The position numbers and the translations under genes are program-made. 32,000 nt of DNA, taken from NCBI RefSeq assembly GCF_000007145.1, contig NC_003902.1, forward strand, positions 520,325-552,324. Direction: 5' to 3'. The notes beneath the pieces are model-generated. The model did no database searches. It was given only the letters and a program-made list of their open reading frames with translations, and was not told the origin of the DNA. Source of the stretch: Xanthomonas campestris pv. campestris str. ATCC 33913 (GTDB lineage Bacteria > Pseudomonadota > Gammaproteobacteria > Xanthomonadales > Xanthomonadaceae). Positions 22,469-31,551 of this stretch are shown piece after piece. Every line of letters starts with the position of its first letter. Positions within the stretch are counted from its first letter, which is position 1.

Positions 22469-25296
22469 CAATGCTGCTCCGCAGTGCGCGTCGAACGCTG
22501 GGTGGGATCGATCTCGCCGCGATGCGAGTCGCGGGTGCGCGAGGGTTTGATCGTGCCCATCATCGACAGCATCAACATCGCCGCACCGAACACCACCAGA
22601 TACACGCCGGTGTCGAAGCCCAACGCGCTGGCCAGCTCCAGCTCGCCCAGCCATCCCAGCGGAATCTCGGCGTGCCCGCTGGTGAGGAACGGCCGGCCGA
22701 ACAGCAGCGAGCCGGCACCACTGAGCAGTGCGCACAACAGCCCGATGCCGATCAGGCGGATGTAGTCGAACCCGAAGCGCGACTCCACCGACGCCGCGCC
22801 CTGGATCACGTATTGCATCAGCAACGGTACCGCCAACACCAGGCCGGCAATGAAGCCGCCGCCGGGCGCGTTGTGGCCGCGCAGGAACAGGAACAGCGAC
22901 ACCGTGAGCGTCAGCGGGAACATGATCTGCGCCAGATCCGCCGGCACCGGCAGCTTGATCGCCGGGCCGGGCATGGTGCGTTCCGGGGCCATGCGCGAGC
23001 GCCGCAGCAGCGCGTGCACCACCAGCCCGGCGATGGCGAACACGGTGATCTCGCCAAACGTATCGAAACCGCGGAAGTCCACCAGGATCACGTTGACCAC
23101 GTTGCGCCCGTACGCCTCCGGCAAAGCGCGCTGCAGCATCTCGCCAGCGATGGTCGGGCTGGGCTGGGTCATCAACGTGTAGGCCAGCGCCGCCAGGCCG
23201 CCGCCGGCAACGACAGCAATGCAGGCATCGCGGACTTTACGCAGCGGCGCGCGTTCCGGGCGCGAGGTTTCCGGCAGGTAGTTCATCGCCAGCAGCATCA
23301 GCACCAGCGTCACCATCTCCACCAGCAACTGCGTCAGTGCCAGGTCCGGTGCAGACAGGAACACAAAGGTCAGGCTCACCGCCAACCCGGTGCCGCCCAG
23401 CACCAGCACTGCCAGCAAGCGTTGCCGGTACAGGAACAGGCTGCCCAGCGCGCAGGCCAGCATCAGCAGCCACAACGCCCAGCCCAGCAACGGCATGGGC
23501 GCCGGTGTCGGCCACGGTCGCAACGCGCCGCCCTGCAGGAACGGCACCAGCGCCACCACCACCGCACTGAGCACCAGCAGCATCAACATGCGCTGCAGGT
23601 TGCCGTTGGTGATCGCATCGGTGGCGCGTGCGGAGGCGGCGAACAGCGCCCGCAGATTCCAGTTGAACAAGGCCTTGCCCGGTGAGCGGTTTTCGATCGC
23701 GTACAGATCCAGCAGCTTGCGCAGTGCCATGTACAGCAGCACGCCGCCCACCACGCCGGCGATGCTCATCGCCAGCGGCCAGTTCAACCCGTGCCACAGC
23801 GCCAGGCTGTAATCGGGCAGGCGATCGCCCAGGATCGCGCTGGCGCCGGCACGCAGCACCGGGGCCACCGTCCAGGCCGGCACGATGCCCACCGCCACGC
23901 AGGTCAGCACCAGCACTTCCACCGGAATCTTCATCCAGCGCGGCGGCTCGTGCGGGGTGCGGTCCAGGTCGCGCGGGCCCTGGCCGAAGAAGGTGTCGTG
24001 CACAAAGCGCAGGCTGTAGGCCACGCCGAGCAGGCCGGCCATCAGCGCCGCGCCGCTGGCGAGCAGGCGCAGCAACTGCGGGCCTTCGGCCTCCAGCGCC
24101 ACGGCGAAGAACATTTCCTTCGAGAGGAACCCGTTGAGCAGCGGAATGCCGGCCATCGCCAGCGACGCGGTGATCGCCAGTGCGCTGGTGAACGGCATCA
24201 GGCGGCGCAGGTTGCCCAGCTTGCGCATGTCGCGCGTGCCGGTCTCGTGGTCGATGATGCCGGCGGCCATGAACAGCGAGGCCTTGAACACCGCGTGGTT
24301 GAGGATGTGGAACACGCCGGCCACCACCGCCATCGGCGTGGACAGGCCGAACAGCATGGTGATCAGGCCCAGGTGCGAGATGGTCGAATATGCCAGCACG
24401 CCCTTGAGATCGTGCTGAAAAATCGCATGCCATGCGCCCAGCAGCACGGTGATCGCGCCGATGCTGGTCACCGTGTACAGGAACAGGTCGGTGCCGGCCA
24501 GCGCCGGGTGCAGGCGCGCCAGCAGGAACACGCCGGCTTTGACCATCGTGGCCGAATGCAGATACGCCGACACCGGTGTGGGCGCGGCCATCGCATGCGG
24601 CAACCAGAAGTGGAACGGAAACTGCGCGCTCTTGGTAAAGATGCCAAGCAGCACCAGCACCAGCGCATACGGGTACAGCGGGCTTGCACGGATCAGATCA
24701 CCCGAGGCCAGCACTGCATCCAGCTGAAAACTGCCAACGATGCGGCCGATCAGCAGCACCCCGCCCAGCAACGCCAGGCCGCCGCCGGCAGTGAGCACCA
24801 ACGCCATGCGTGCGCCTTCGCGCGCATCCTTGCGATGCGACCAGAAGCCGATCAGCAGGAAGGAACTGAGGCTGGTGAGTTCCCAGAACACCATCAGCAG
24901 CAGCAGGTTGCCCGACAGCACCATGCCCAGCATCGCGCCCATGAACAGCAACAAATACGCGAAGAAGCGCGAGGCGCTATCGCGTGCACTCAGGTAGTAA
25001 TGCGCATACATCACCACCAGCGCGCCGATCGCCAGCACCAGCAGCGCGAACATCCAGGCCAGCCCGTCCATGCGCAGCGAGAACAGCAGCCCGATCTGCG
25101 GTAACCAGGCATGTTGGCTGCGGATGATTTCCCCGCGCAGCACCGCCGGTGTCAGCAGTGCCAGGATGCCCAGGCCGGCCAACGGCGCGGCCGCAGCCAA
25201 CCACGCAGTGATCGAACGGGAGGTGCGCCACGACAGCGCCACGGCGGCCGCCATCAGGAACGGCAGCGCGAGCAGAATTTCCAACGGTGCAGGCAT
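22468..25296 (-). CDS. mrpA: Monovalent cation/H+ antiporter fused subunit A/B (group-2 Mrp/Pha type)
   Basis: 942 aa with a NuoL-like N-terminal domain plus an MrpB-like C-terminal region. There is no separate B gene, which gives a six-gene operon. Confidence 0.88.
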   Translation of the reverse strand: MPAPLEILLALPFLMAAAVALSWRTSRSITAWLAAAAPLAGLGILALLTPAVLRGEIIRSQHAWLPQIGLLFSLRMDGLAWMFALLVLAIGALVVMYAHYYLSARDSASRFFAYLLLFMGAMLGMVLSGNLLLLMVFWELTSLSSFLLIGFWSHRKDAREGARMALVLTAGGGLALLGGVLLIGRIVGSFQLDAVLASGDLIRASPLYPYALVLVLLGIFTKSAQFPFHFWLPHAMAAPTPVSAYLHSATMVKAGVFLLARLHPALAGTDLFLYTVTSIGAITVLLGAWHAIFQHDLKGVLAYSTISHLGLITMLFGLSTPMAVVAGVFHILNHAVFKASLFMAAGIIDHETGTRDMRKLGNLRRLMPFTSALAITASLAMAGIPLLNGFLSKEMFFAVALEAEGPQLLRLLASGAALMAGLLGVAYSLRFVHDTFFGQGPRDLDRTPHEPPRWMKIPVEVLVLTCVAVGIVPAWTVAPVLRAGASAILGDRLPDYSLALWHGLNWPLAMSIAGVVGGVLLYMALRKLLDLYAIENRSPGKALFNWNLRALFAASARATDAITNGNLQRMLMLLVLSAVVVALVPFLQGGALRPWPTPAPMPLLGWALWLLMLACALGSLFLYRQRLLAVLVLGGTGLAVSLTFVFLSAPDLALTQLLVEMVTLVLMLLAMNYLPETSRPERAPLRKVRDACIAVVAGGGLAALAYTLMTQPSPTIAGEMLQRALPEAYGRNVVNVILVDFRGFDTFGEITVFAIAGLVVHALLRRSRMAPERTMPGPAIKLPVPADLAQIMFPLTLTVSLFLFLRGHNAPGGGFIAGLVLAVPLLMQYVIQGAASVESRFGFDYIRLIGIGLLCALLSGAGSLLFGRPFLTSGHAEIPLGWLGELELASALGFDTGVYLVVFGAAMLMLSMMGTIKPSRTRDSHRGEIDPTQRSTRTAEQH

Positions 25297-25427
25297 GCAG
25301 GGAACACGAGATTCGCGAGCAGGCCAGAGAGCTTAACAAACCGTTGACTAACGCCGGCGTCAAGGTGAGTGCGCGCCCGTCGGGAAAACGACAGGATGTG
25401 CCGTCGCACCGCCGCGTTGCACTCGGT

Positions 25428-26363
25428 ATGCTGACGCTATCGCCACCGCCTGCGTACCTTGTGACTGCTGCCAATCCCGCTCCTTCCGTCGCCGCCGCTG
25501 CACCCCGTGCCCTGGTCTTCGGCGGCAGTGGCCAGATCGGCGAACGCTTGCTCACCCGCCTGCTGGGGCGTGGCTGGCAGGTCACCGCCTGGTCGCGCGC
25601 GCCGCGCGCCGCACGCGCAGGACTCATCTGGCGGCAAGGTGACCTGGCGGCACCGGCGGTGGCGGGCGAGAGTTTCGAGGTGATCTTCAGCTGCGGCCCG
25701 CTGGATCACTTCGCGCACTGGTACGAAACCAACGCCGTGAGCACGCCACGCATCGTCGCGTTTGGTTCCACCAGCGTGGAGGTCAAGGAACATTCGATCG
25801 ATGCCGCCGAGCGCGATGTCGCCCAGCGGCTGGCCAATGCCGAACAAGCGCTGTTCTCCGCCGCCAAGGCGCGTGGCGCCGCGGCCACGGTGCTGCGCCC
25901 CACCCTGGTCTACGGCGCCGGCCGCGACCGCACGTTGACCCAGATTGCCGGGCTGGCCAGGCGCACGGGCGCCTTCGTGTTGCCGGCCAATGCCACCGGG
26001 CTGCGCCAGCCGGTGCATGTGGACGATCTGGCCAGCGCGGCATTGGCGGTGGTCACCCAGCCGGCCACGCATCAGCGCAGCTACGCGGTGGGCGGCGGCG
26101 AAGTGCTGGCCTACACGCAGATGGTGGAACGCGTGCTGGAAGCCTTGCCGCGGCCGGCACGGCTGTATCAGGTGCCGCCTTCGCTGTTCGGTCTGGCGCT
26201 CACCACCGCGCAGCGCCTGGGCCGGCTGCGCAGCTTGAACACCGCCGCGTTGCAGCGCATGCGCGATGACCTGGTGTTCGACCTGGAGCCGGCGCGGCGC
26301 GACTTCGGCTATGCACCGCGTGCGTTTCGCCCGCTGCCGGAAGAGCTGGGTATCGGCGAGTAG
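25428..26363 (+). CDS. NAD(P)-dependent epimerase/dehydratase-family oxidoreductase
   Basis: Rossmann motif ALVFGGSGQIGERLLTRLLGRGWQVTAWSR, followed by ..VLRPTLVYGAGRD.. and ..VHVDDLA.. . The ATG at 25428 is preferred over the track start at 25287. Confidence 0.75.
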   Translation: MLTLSPPPAYLVTAANPAPSVAAAAPRALVFGGSGQIGERLLTRLLGRGWQVTAWSRAPRAARAGLIWRQGDLAAPAVAGESFEVIFSCGPLDHFAHWYETNAVSTPRIVAFGSTSVEVKEHSIDAAERDVAQRLANAEQALFSAAKARGAAATVLRPTLVYGAGRDRTLTQIAGLARRTGAFVLPANATGLRQPVHVDDLASAALAVVTQPATHQRSYAVGGGEVLAYTQMVERVLEALPRPARLYQVPPSLFGLALTTAQRLGRLRSLNTAALQRMRDDLVFDLEPARRDFGYAPRAFRPLPEELGIGE

Positions 26364-26410
26364 CCTGCGTTGGCGTCAGCGCGGTATCGCTGACTCGGGG
26401 AACCCGAAGA

Positions 26411-26896
26411 TCAGAACCGCCAGCCCAGGTGGCGATACAACTTCGCCAGCACCCACAGCGGCCCGATCAGCAGATAGGTCAGGTCGGTCAGAAAGCTCGG
26501 CTTGCGGCCTTCGATCTTGTGGCCGACAAACTGCGCGATCCATGCCAGCACGAACACCGTCACCGCCAGCGTGAACAGGCCGCCCAGGCCCAGTCGGCCC
26601 TCGATCAGCCGGCACAGACAGCCGAAAAAGAAAAAGATCGCCAGCATGCCCAGGCCAAGCGGCCGCGACAGCCGGTTGTAATATGACCACGCCCCGAACA
26701 TTGCCAGCGCCGCCCACACGCCGCTGCTGAACCAGGTCCCGCCCACCGGGATGCACCACAGCAAGGCCACCACCGACCACAGGATCGCCGGCACCGCCAG
26801 CACGTGGATCTGCTGGTTGGTCGCATTGCGGTGGTCGTCGGAATAACTGGCGAAATAGCGCTCGAGCGGGCGCGCGGTCGTGGTGCGTTCGGTCAT
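26411..26896 (-). CDS. DUF962 (Mpo1/YGL010w-like) membrane protein
   Basis: MTERTTTARPLERYFASYSDDHRNATNQQIHVLAVPAILWS.. ..AWIAQFVGHKIEGRKPSFLTDLTYLLIGPLWVL. A strong SD, GGGAGGG, precedes the ATG at 26896. Confidence 0.8.
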   Translation of the reverse strand: MTERTTTARPLERYFASYSDDHRNATNQQIHVLAVPAILWSVVALLWCIPVGGTWFSSGVWAALAMFGAWSYYNRLSRPLGLGMLAIFFFFGCLCRLIEGRLGLGGLFTLAVTVFVLAWIAQFVGHKIEGRKPSFLTDLTYLLIGPLWVLAKLYRHLGWRF

Positions 26897-27149
26897 GTTC
26901 CCTCCCAGGAATGGCCCAAGCATACGCGCGCGGATGGCCGCAGTGGCGCTTGCGGGGCAGCTGCCGGGAACAGAACCTGCCACGCACCAGCGCGTGGCAG
27001 GTTGCCTGTGTTGCGTATCACGCTCCGCGCACTGGCAATTGCCCGCCAGGCGGGCGAGGGTGGTGCCGCCAGCGGCGTCGTCCATTGATCACGCCGGTTC
27101 TCGCGCACCGGCCTCGCCCACTGCAAACGACGGCCCGCAGCCAGACCTA

Positions 27150-27289
27150 GAGCAGCGATCAAAACGACTGCGCAGCCGCCAGGCGGGCGCGGCCGGTGCT
27201 TGAAATCGGCATGTCCACACGTACACGCCGGTTCCTCCGCGCATTCCGCGCCCACCTGACGACTGCTCGCTACGTTTTGTTAGCCGCTC
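27150..27289 (-). repeat. 140-bp element with terminal inverted repeats (MITE-like or structured RNA), copy B
   Basis: Ends GAGCAGCGATCAAAACG / CGTTTTGTTAGCCGCTC. The body aligns by eye with 17550-17695 at most positions, with a few small indels. Confidence 0.6.
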
Positions 27290-27418
27290 TTATTGGGAGC
27301 GCCGACGTGCGCGTCATGCGGCAGGCAATCACGGTCAATGACGCCGCTCCACGGATTCAAATATGTGACGTCTCGCTTCTACCCGAGTGCATGAAGCTGC
27401 GGCAGGTAAACGGCAGAT

Positions 27419-27452
27419 ACAAAAAAGCCGGCCAGACAGGCCGGCCGGCTCT
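27419..27452 (-). terminator. Rho-independent terminator of the effector gene
   Basis: The minus strand reads agccggcc-ggcctgtct-ggccggct followed by TTTTTT, about 17 nt after the stop at 27469. Confidence 0.8.
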
Positions 27453-27468
27453 TTCGTGCATCGTGAAC

Positions 27469-29199
27469 TCAGCGACCGCCGATGGCGACCTTTTGCTGCT
27501 CTTCGTGCGCCTGTTGCTGTTGCGACTGCCCAGCCAGAAGCTGCGCGCTGGTCTGCTCCAATGACGGGGCAGGCTGGTTTAGATCCACCGCCGCACGGAA
27601 CCCCGGCGTGGTGCCCATCACGAACGCCTTGCCGTCCTGCACCGTCACGTTCTGCAGTTTATCTGCGCTGTCGATGCCATTGTGCTTGGCCTGCAAAGTG
27701 ACGTTGGCAGCGGTCTCATTAGAGATCATGCTCGGCAGCTTGCTGCGGATCGCGTTGTGCAACGCATGGTCCGGATGCGAGGCATCGTTGAGCGACGGAC
27801 CCTTGGGCACAGCAACCTGCGTCTCGCCCGCCTGCGACTGGGTCTGTGCCGGTTGTGTGGACAGCGCGGCCTGCGTATTGCGGCCCACCACCCCGTCGGG
27901 CTGCAGCCCATGCTGCTTCTGAAACGCGATCACCGCCTCCCGTGTGTTGTCCCCAAAACGACCATCTTCCGCAAGCCGGTTGCCCTGTGCATCGCGAACG
28001 CCGAGACGGTTGAGGTCCTGCTGCAACTTGCCGACATCGCCGCTCTGCTCGCCATGACGCAGCGTGCCATTGCCAGCCGGTGCCGATGGTTGCGATTGAC
28101 GGGCGCCCGACTCGTGCTGGTGACCTTGATTCCAGAATGCCTCTGGACTGGTCAACTTGCCGTTGGCATCGCGCAGTTGGTAATGCACATGCTGCGCGTA
28201 CTGGCTGTTACCGTTCGGGCCAAGTCCGCCCATCGTACCGATGGCATCGCCCGCGGACAGCGTCTGGCCTTCTTTCACCTTGAGTGCGTCCAGGTGCAGG
28301 ATCTCGTGCGAGTTACCCTGCGCATCGTGAATCTTGACCGTGCCGTAGTTGCCGCCCGCGAACGTTACCGTTCCGGAGACCGGCGAATGCACCGTCGGGT
28401 GCTGCAGGTTACGGCCTTGCTGACCACCTTCGTAGTTGAAATCTGTACCACCGTGCGGCCCGTGGCTACCGCGGTGCTCACCATAATGACCGGTAATGTG
28501 CGGGTCGGTGCTGCCTTGACCGGGCAGCATGCGTTCCATCGTTTGCCGGAAATTGCTGCGAGTGGCATGGCTAGGTTCGGCCGTCTGCGTCACTGGCGTC
28601 GGCTGACCTACTGTATTGCCCTGCGTTTGTGCAAGACGCTGCTCGACAAACTGGGTGTAGTTGTCCAGATGAGGCGCAATCTCGCGCCGTGACAGAGCCA
28701 AGCCACCATAATCCTTGCTAGGACCATCATGGTGATACTTGTAAATGTAATCCTCGCCCTGGCCGCGGCTACGCGCGAGGTCCCGGTTATCAACGAAATG
28801 TTGCACCAATGCCTGCGACTGCGTTTCCACGTCAAAGCGGTTGGACGCGTTGACGCCATAATGCGCGCCAGTACGGTCAATGAATTGACCTAGCCCAGAG
28901 GCAGACGTTGTCCCCGCAGCTGCATCCGGGTTGAAGCCTGACTCAACTCGGGCGATGGCAAGGACGTATGCAGTCTCGCGCGCTGAAAGCCCTGCATCTC
29001 GCGAGGCATCGATAAGGCTATCGATCACGCGTGATTGTGTCTGTGGACTGGCATCGCCCCAGCGACGCGATTCGCCATGCAATCTGCCATCTCCGCTGTC
29101 GATGGGCTCGCGGTAATGGCTCCAGGGTTTGATCCGGTCACTGCTGTATGCAGCGCCGCGTGGTTGAACCATTTCGGTATAGATCGTGGTGTCGGTCAT
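27469..29199 (-). CDS. Multidomain peptidoglycan hydrolase (SLT-like + M23 peptidase + PG-binding) with XVIPCD-like C-terminus; predicted T4SS antibacterial effector (X-Tfe-like)
   Basis: SLT-like: LAIARVESGFNPDAAAGTTSASGLGQF. M23: HGGTDF..and..HVHYQL. PG_binding_1-like: LQQDLNRLGV..DGRFGDNTREAVIAFQKQHGLQPDGVVG. C-terminal roughly 120 aa: HPDHALHNAIRSKL..AANVTLQAKHNGI..DGKAFVMGTTPGFRAAVDL..LEQTSAQLLAGQSQQQQAHEEQQK. No signal peptide. Confidence 0.8.
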   Translation of the reverse strand: MTDTTIYTEMVQPRGAAYSSDRIKPWSHYREPIDSGDGRLHGESRRWGDASPQTQSRVIDSLIDASRDAGLSARETAYVLAIARVESGFNPDAAAGTTSASGLGQFIDRTGAHYGVNASNRFDVETQSQALVQHFVDNRDLARSRGQGEDYIYKYHHDGPSKDYGGLALSRREIAPHLDNYTQFVEQRLAQTQGNTVGQPTPVTQTAEPSHATRSNFRQTMERMLPGQGSTDPHITGHYGEHRGSHGPHGGTDFNYEGGQQGRNLQHPTVHSPVSGTVTFAGGNYGTVKIHDAQGNSHEILHLDALKVKEGQTLSAGDAIGTMGGLGPNGNSQYAQHVHYQLRDANGKLTSPEAFWNQGHQHESGARQSQPSAPAGNGTLRHGEQSGDVGKLQQDLNRLGVRDAQGNRLAEDGRFGDNTREAVIAFQKQHGLQPDGVVGRNTQAALSTQPAQTQSQAGETQVAVPKGPSLNDASHPDHALHNAIRSKLPSMISNETAANVTLQAKHNGIDSADKLQNVTVQDGKAFVMGTTPGFRAAVDLNQPAPSLEQTSAQLLAGQSQQQQAHEEQQKVAIGGR

Positions 29200-29308
29200 A
29201 TCGTGCGTTCCTTTCTATGAGACAGATTCTTCCTTGTAACGGGTGCTGCTCCATGTACTGCGTACTGCTTTCACCATGCGCCGCAATCGGCGCATAGACT
29301 TCCTTTGC

Positions 29309-29872
29309 TCAGGGCTGGAAAGGCTCCAATTCCGGGTGCTTCAGTCCTAACTCTTCGAGCTTGTGTTCGTATTCGTCGTTATTCGGGCTCTGCTGGCCGT
29401 CCTGCGTATGCAGAGGTGGTGTCGCATGATTCAGCAACTGACCCTTGATGTCATACAGGAAGAACCATTCGCAAAATTCGCAGCCGTAGGGAAGCTCGCC
29501 GTACTGGATGACAAAGTACGTGCCTCCTTTTGCGTCTTCCGCGCAACCCAGGCCTACTGCGGTGTAGTCCGCCATCTCTGGAGGCGCTGCCACTTCCTGG
29601 CGCTGGCCATCGTGCTCCATTTCCAGGTGGGTCTTGGTAGAGCCGCTGCTCTCGGATGGCAACGCGCTCAGGTGCAGGCGCACGCCGGAGCATTCCTTGA
29701 TCATGTCGTTCCGTCCTTGTGTATCTGCTTCTGTCGAAGTCGGGGATGAGGTGGTGGCAGGCGGCGTACTAGGCGCGCTGGTGGTGGCAGCTACGGGCCC
29801 TGGCTTGTCACCGCATGCGGCAAGCACCAGGCTCAGGCCGAGAGCAGGTAGCACGGAGATGAAGCGTCGCAT
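29309..29872 (-). CDS. Lipoprotein, candidate cognate immunity protein (X-Tfi-like)
   Basis: MRRFISVLPALGLSLVLAAC lipobox, a Ser/Thr/Pro tether, then a globular domain. Located directly upstream of the effector on the same strand. AGAGG precedes the ATG at 29872. Confidence 0.6.
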   Translation of the reverse strand: MRRFISVLPALGLSLVLAACGDKPGPVAATTSAPSTPPATTSSPTSTEADTQGRNDMIKECSGVRLHLSALPSESSGSTKTHLEMEHDGQRQEVAAPPEMADYTAVGLGCAEDAKGGTYFVIQYGELPYGCEFCEWFFLYDIKGQLLNHATPPLHTQDGQQSPNNDEYEHKLEELGLKHPELEPFQP

Positions 29873-29951
29873 CAAGTCGCCTCTTTGACGGTTTGAGTTG
29901 TAGGTGACGATAGCCAAGCCGGCAGAACCTGCTTCCAGCGCCCACCGACGT

Positions 29952-30458
29952 TTACAAAGACTGGTCGTCCACCTTGACCAGCATCCAGCAGGGGCGCTGC
30001 GCGAAGTGGTAGACCTGCTGATCGCCGGTGTCCGGTGTGCGGACCAGTACCTGGCGGCCATCGGCTTCTTCGGAAATCGTGACCTCGCGGCCGCCGTTGC
30101 GGGCTGCCTCCAGGTTCGGGATGACAGGCCATTCGACCTTGGCAAGCGGAACCGTGCGGGTGACCGGGGTGGGCTCGGGCTGTGCGTCCGGGTCGAGTTG
30201 GATCATCGTCAGCGGATCGGCCGTGGCTTTTTCCTGTACCGCAATGTCTGCACTGAAGCTTTTCAGAAACGCAGAGAAGTCGGCGCTGGGACAGGTTGTC
30301 GCCTGCGCGGGCGTTGCCGGAACGGTGGCGGATGCCGACGCTGCAGGTGCTGCATTCGCAGCAGGTGTCGCAGCGCCGGCTGGCTCAGCCTGCGGCTTGC
30401 AGGCAACCAGTGCCAGGCTCAGTGCGAGAGCGTGCAGGGACGTTCGGAAAAGGGCCAA
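29952..30458 (-). CDS. Lipoprotein of unknown function (168 aa, TTG start)
   Basis: A TTG at 30458 lies 6 nt after AGGAGGA and gives MALFRTSLHALALSLALVAC (lipobox). The track shows a longer ORF from 30689 that has no signal-peptide logic. Confidence 0.6.
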   Translation of the reverse strand: MALFRTSLHALALSLALVACKPQAEPAGAATPAANAAPAASASATVPATPAQATTCPSADFSAFLKSFSADIAVQEKATADPLTMIQLDPDAQPEPTPVTRTVPLAKVEWPVIPNLEAARNGGREVTISEEADGRQVLVRTPDTGDQQVYHFAQRPCWMLVKVDDQSL

Positions 30459-30748
30459 TGGATCCTCCTGATCATAGCGGGCAAGCTGGAGCGCGGGCGG
30501 GATGTTATACGCGCGCTGCTTGCCGATGTGTGAAGGCTTGCGGAGCGTGGGTTGCACAAACTGGCCGGCATGCGGCAGGCCAATGTCCTCACAGAACAAG
30601 CAGCCTGACGGTGGCCCCGGGGCTCGGGTGAGTCCGCGGCCGTTGATTGCTGTCAGCAAAGCCAGGTTATCTCGATCGAGCCTGTGCAAAGATCATCATG
30701 CTTTGATCATGGTTTTGGCCGGAAATTTATCCGGTATGGCGCGGCTGA

Positions 30749-31435
30749 CTATATCCCGTTTGAAAATACATCGAGTGCATCCGCACCCACCCATCCCTGT
30801 GCGCAGTCGCCGACATACTGGCCTGGGGCAGCGGCATGGCAGCTCCCGCCAGTGGCGCTCTTCGAACGTTGGATCGGCCTGTCACCATATGTTCGGCATG
30901 CCGGGTTGTTTTTGCATCCGGCAACACTGTCTGCAGGAATCGCAATGACGTAGTAATACAGTGGATTCTGTCCGGCGCGGCCGATCGCTTGAATGCAGAC
31001 GAGCTGGCCCTGCGCCAGCCTGGCTCTGGCGACCACGCTACTGCCAGTGGTCGGCACCGCATCAAGTACATCCACCCCGCTTGCCTGCGCCACGCCGGCA
31101 AACAAGCCCGCATCGTCACACGCAGGCGAGAGCTCCACGTCGTAGAAATCGCCGGCATCGACATTTCCGGCCGTGCAGCCTTTTGCCATGTTCGCATCGG
31201 CACACTGCACGCCGCTTGCCTGTAGCAACGTCGCAAGCCGGTCATTGAGGGAAGCGCCAGAAGAAGCCGGTGCGCGCGTTGCTGCAGGCGCCGATGCCGA
31301 TGCCGTCGATGTGACTGGCGGCGTGGCAGCGGGGGCTGATTCGCCGGCGCTGCACGCGCTCACTGCAAGCAGCCCGGGCAGCAGTGCGTTGCGTAACGCC
31401 GGCAATCTGCGGAATGAAAAATGTGAGAGTGCCAT
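30749..31435 (-). CDS. Cysteine-rich lipoprotein of unknown function (228 aa)
   Basis: MALSHFSFRRLPALRNALLPGLLAVSAC lipobox. AAGGAAG lies upstream of the ATG. The mature part contains about 10 Cys. Confidence 0.65.
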   Translation of the reverse strand: MALSHFSFRRLPALRNALLPGLLAVSACSAGESAPAATPPVTSTASASAPAATRAPASSGASLNDRLATLLQASGVQCADANMAKGCTAGNVDAGDFYDVELSPACDDAGLFAGVAQASGVDVLDAVPTTGSSVVARARLAQGQLVCIQAIGRAGQNPLYYYVIAIPADSVAGCKNNPACRTYGDRPIQRSKSATGGSCHAAAPGQYVGDCAQGWVGADALDVFSNGI

Positions 31436-31551
31436 CGCGACTTCCTTGGCTAACAGATCTCGTCAGGTGCGTCCTTCAGCGCTCAAGAAAGAGCGCTGCC
31501 CGCCATTGCTGCTTTAGTACAGCCTCAAAGCCTCGGGAGTGGGGCCTTGAA

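Noticed and set aside
21084-25104. Several 400+ aa plus-strand ORFs (21084-22418, 22450-23685, 23791-25104) and alternative minus frames across the mrp operon
   Set aside because: These are shadow ORFs with Arg/Gln/His-rich sequence. The Mrp subunits on the minus strand are hydrophobic, family-typical and translationally coupled.
26376-27085. Longer or alternative-frame ORFs (26376-26987; 26411-27085 from its first ATG) at the DUF962 locus
   Set aside because: The strong SD GGGAGGG before the ATG at 26896, and the family-typical sequence that starts at MTERTTT, support the shorter CDS.
29952-30689. 245-aa version of the second lipoprotein ORF starting at 30689
   Set aside because: That extension would bury the lipoprotein signal peptide about 77 residues inside the protein. 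A TTG at 30458 with AGGAGGA 6 nt upstream gives a proper N-terminal lipobox signal.
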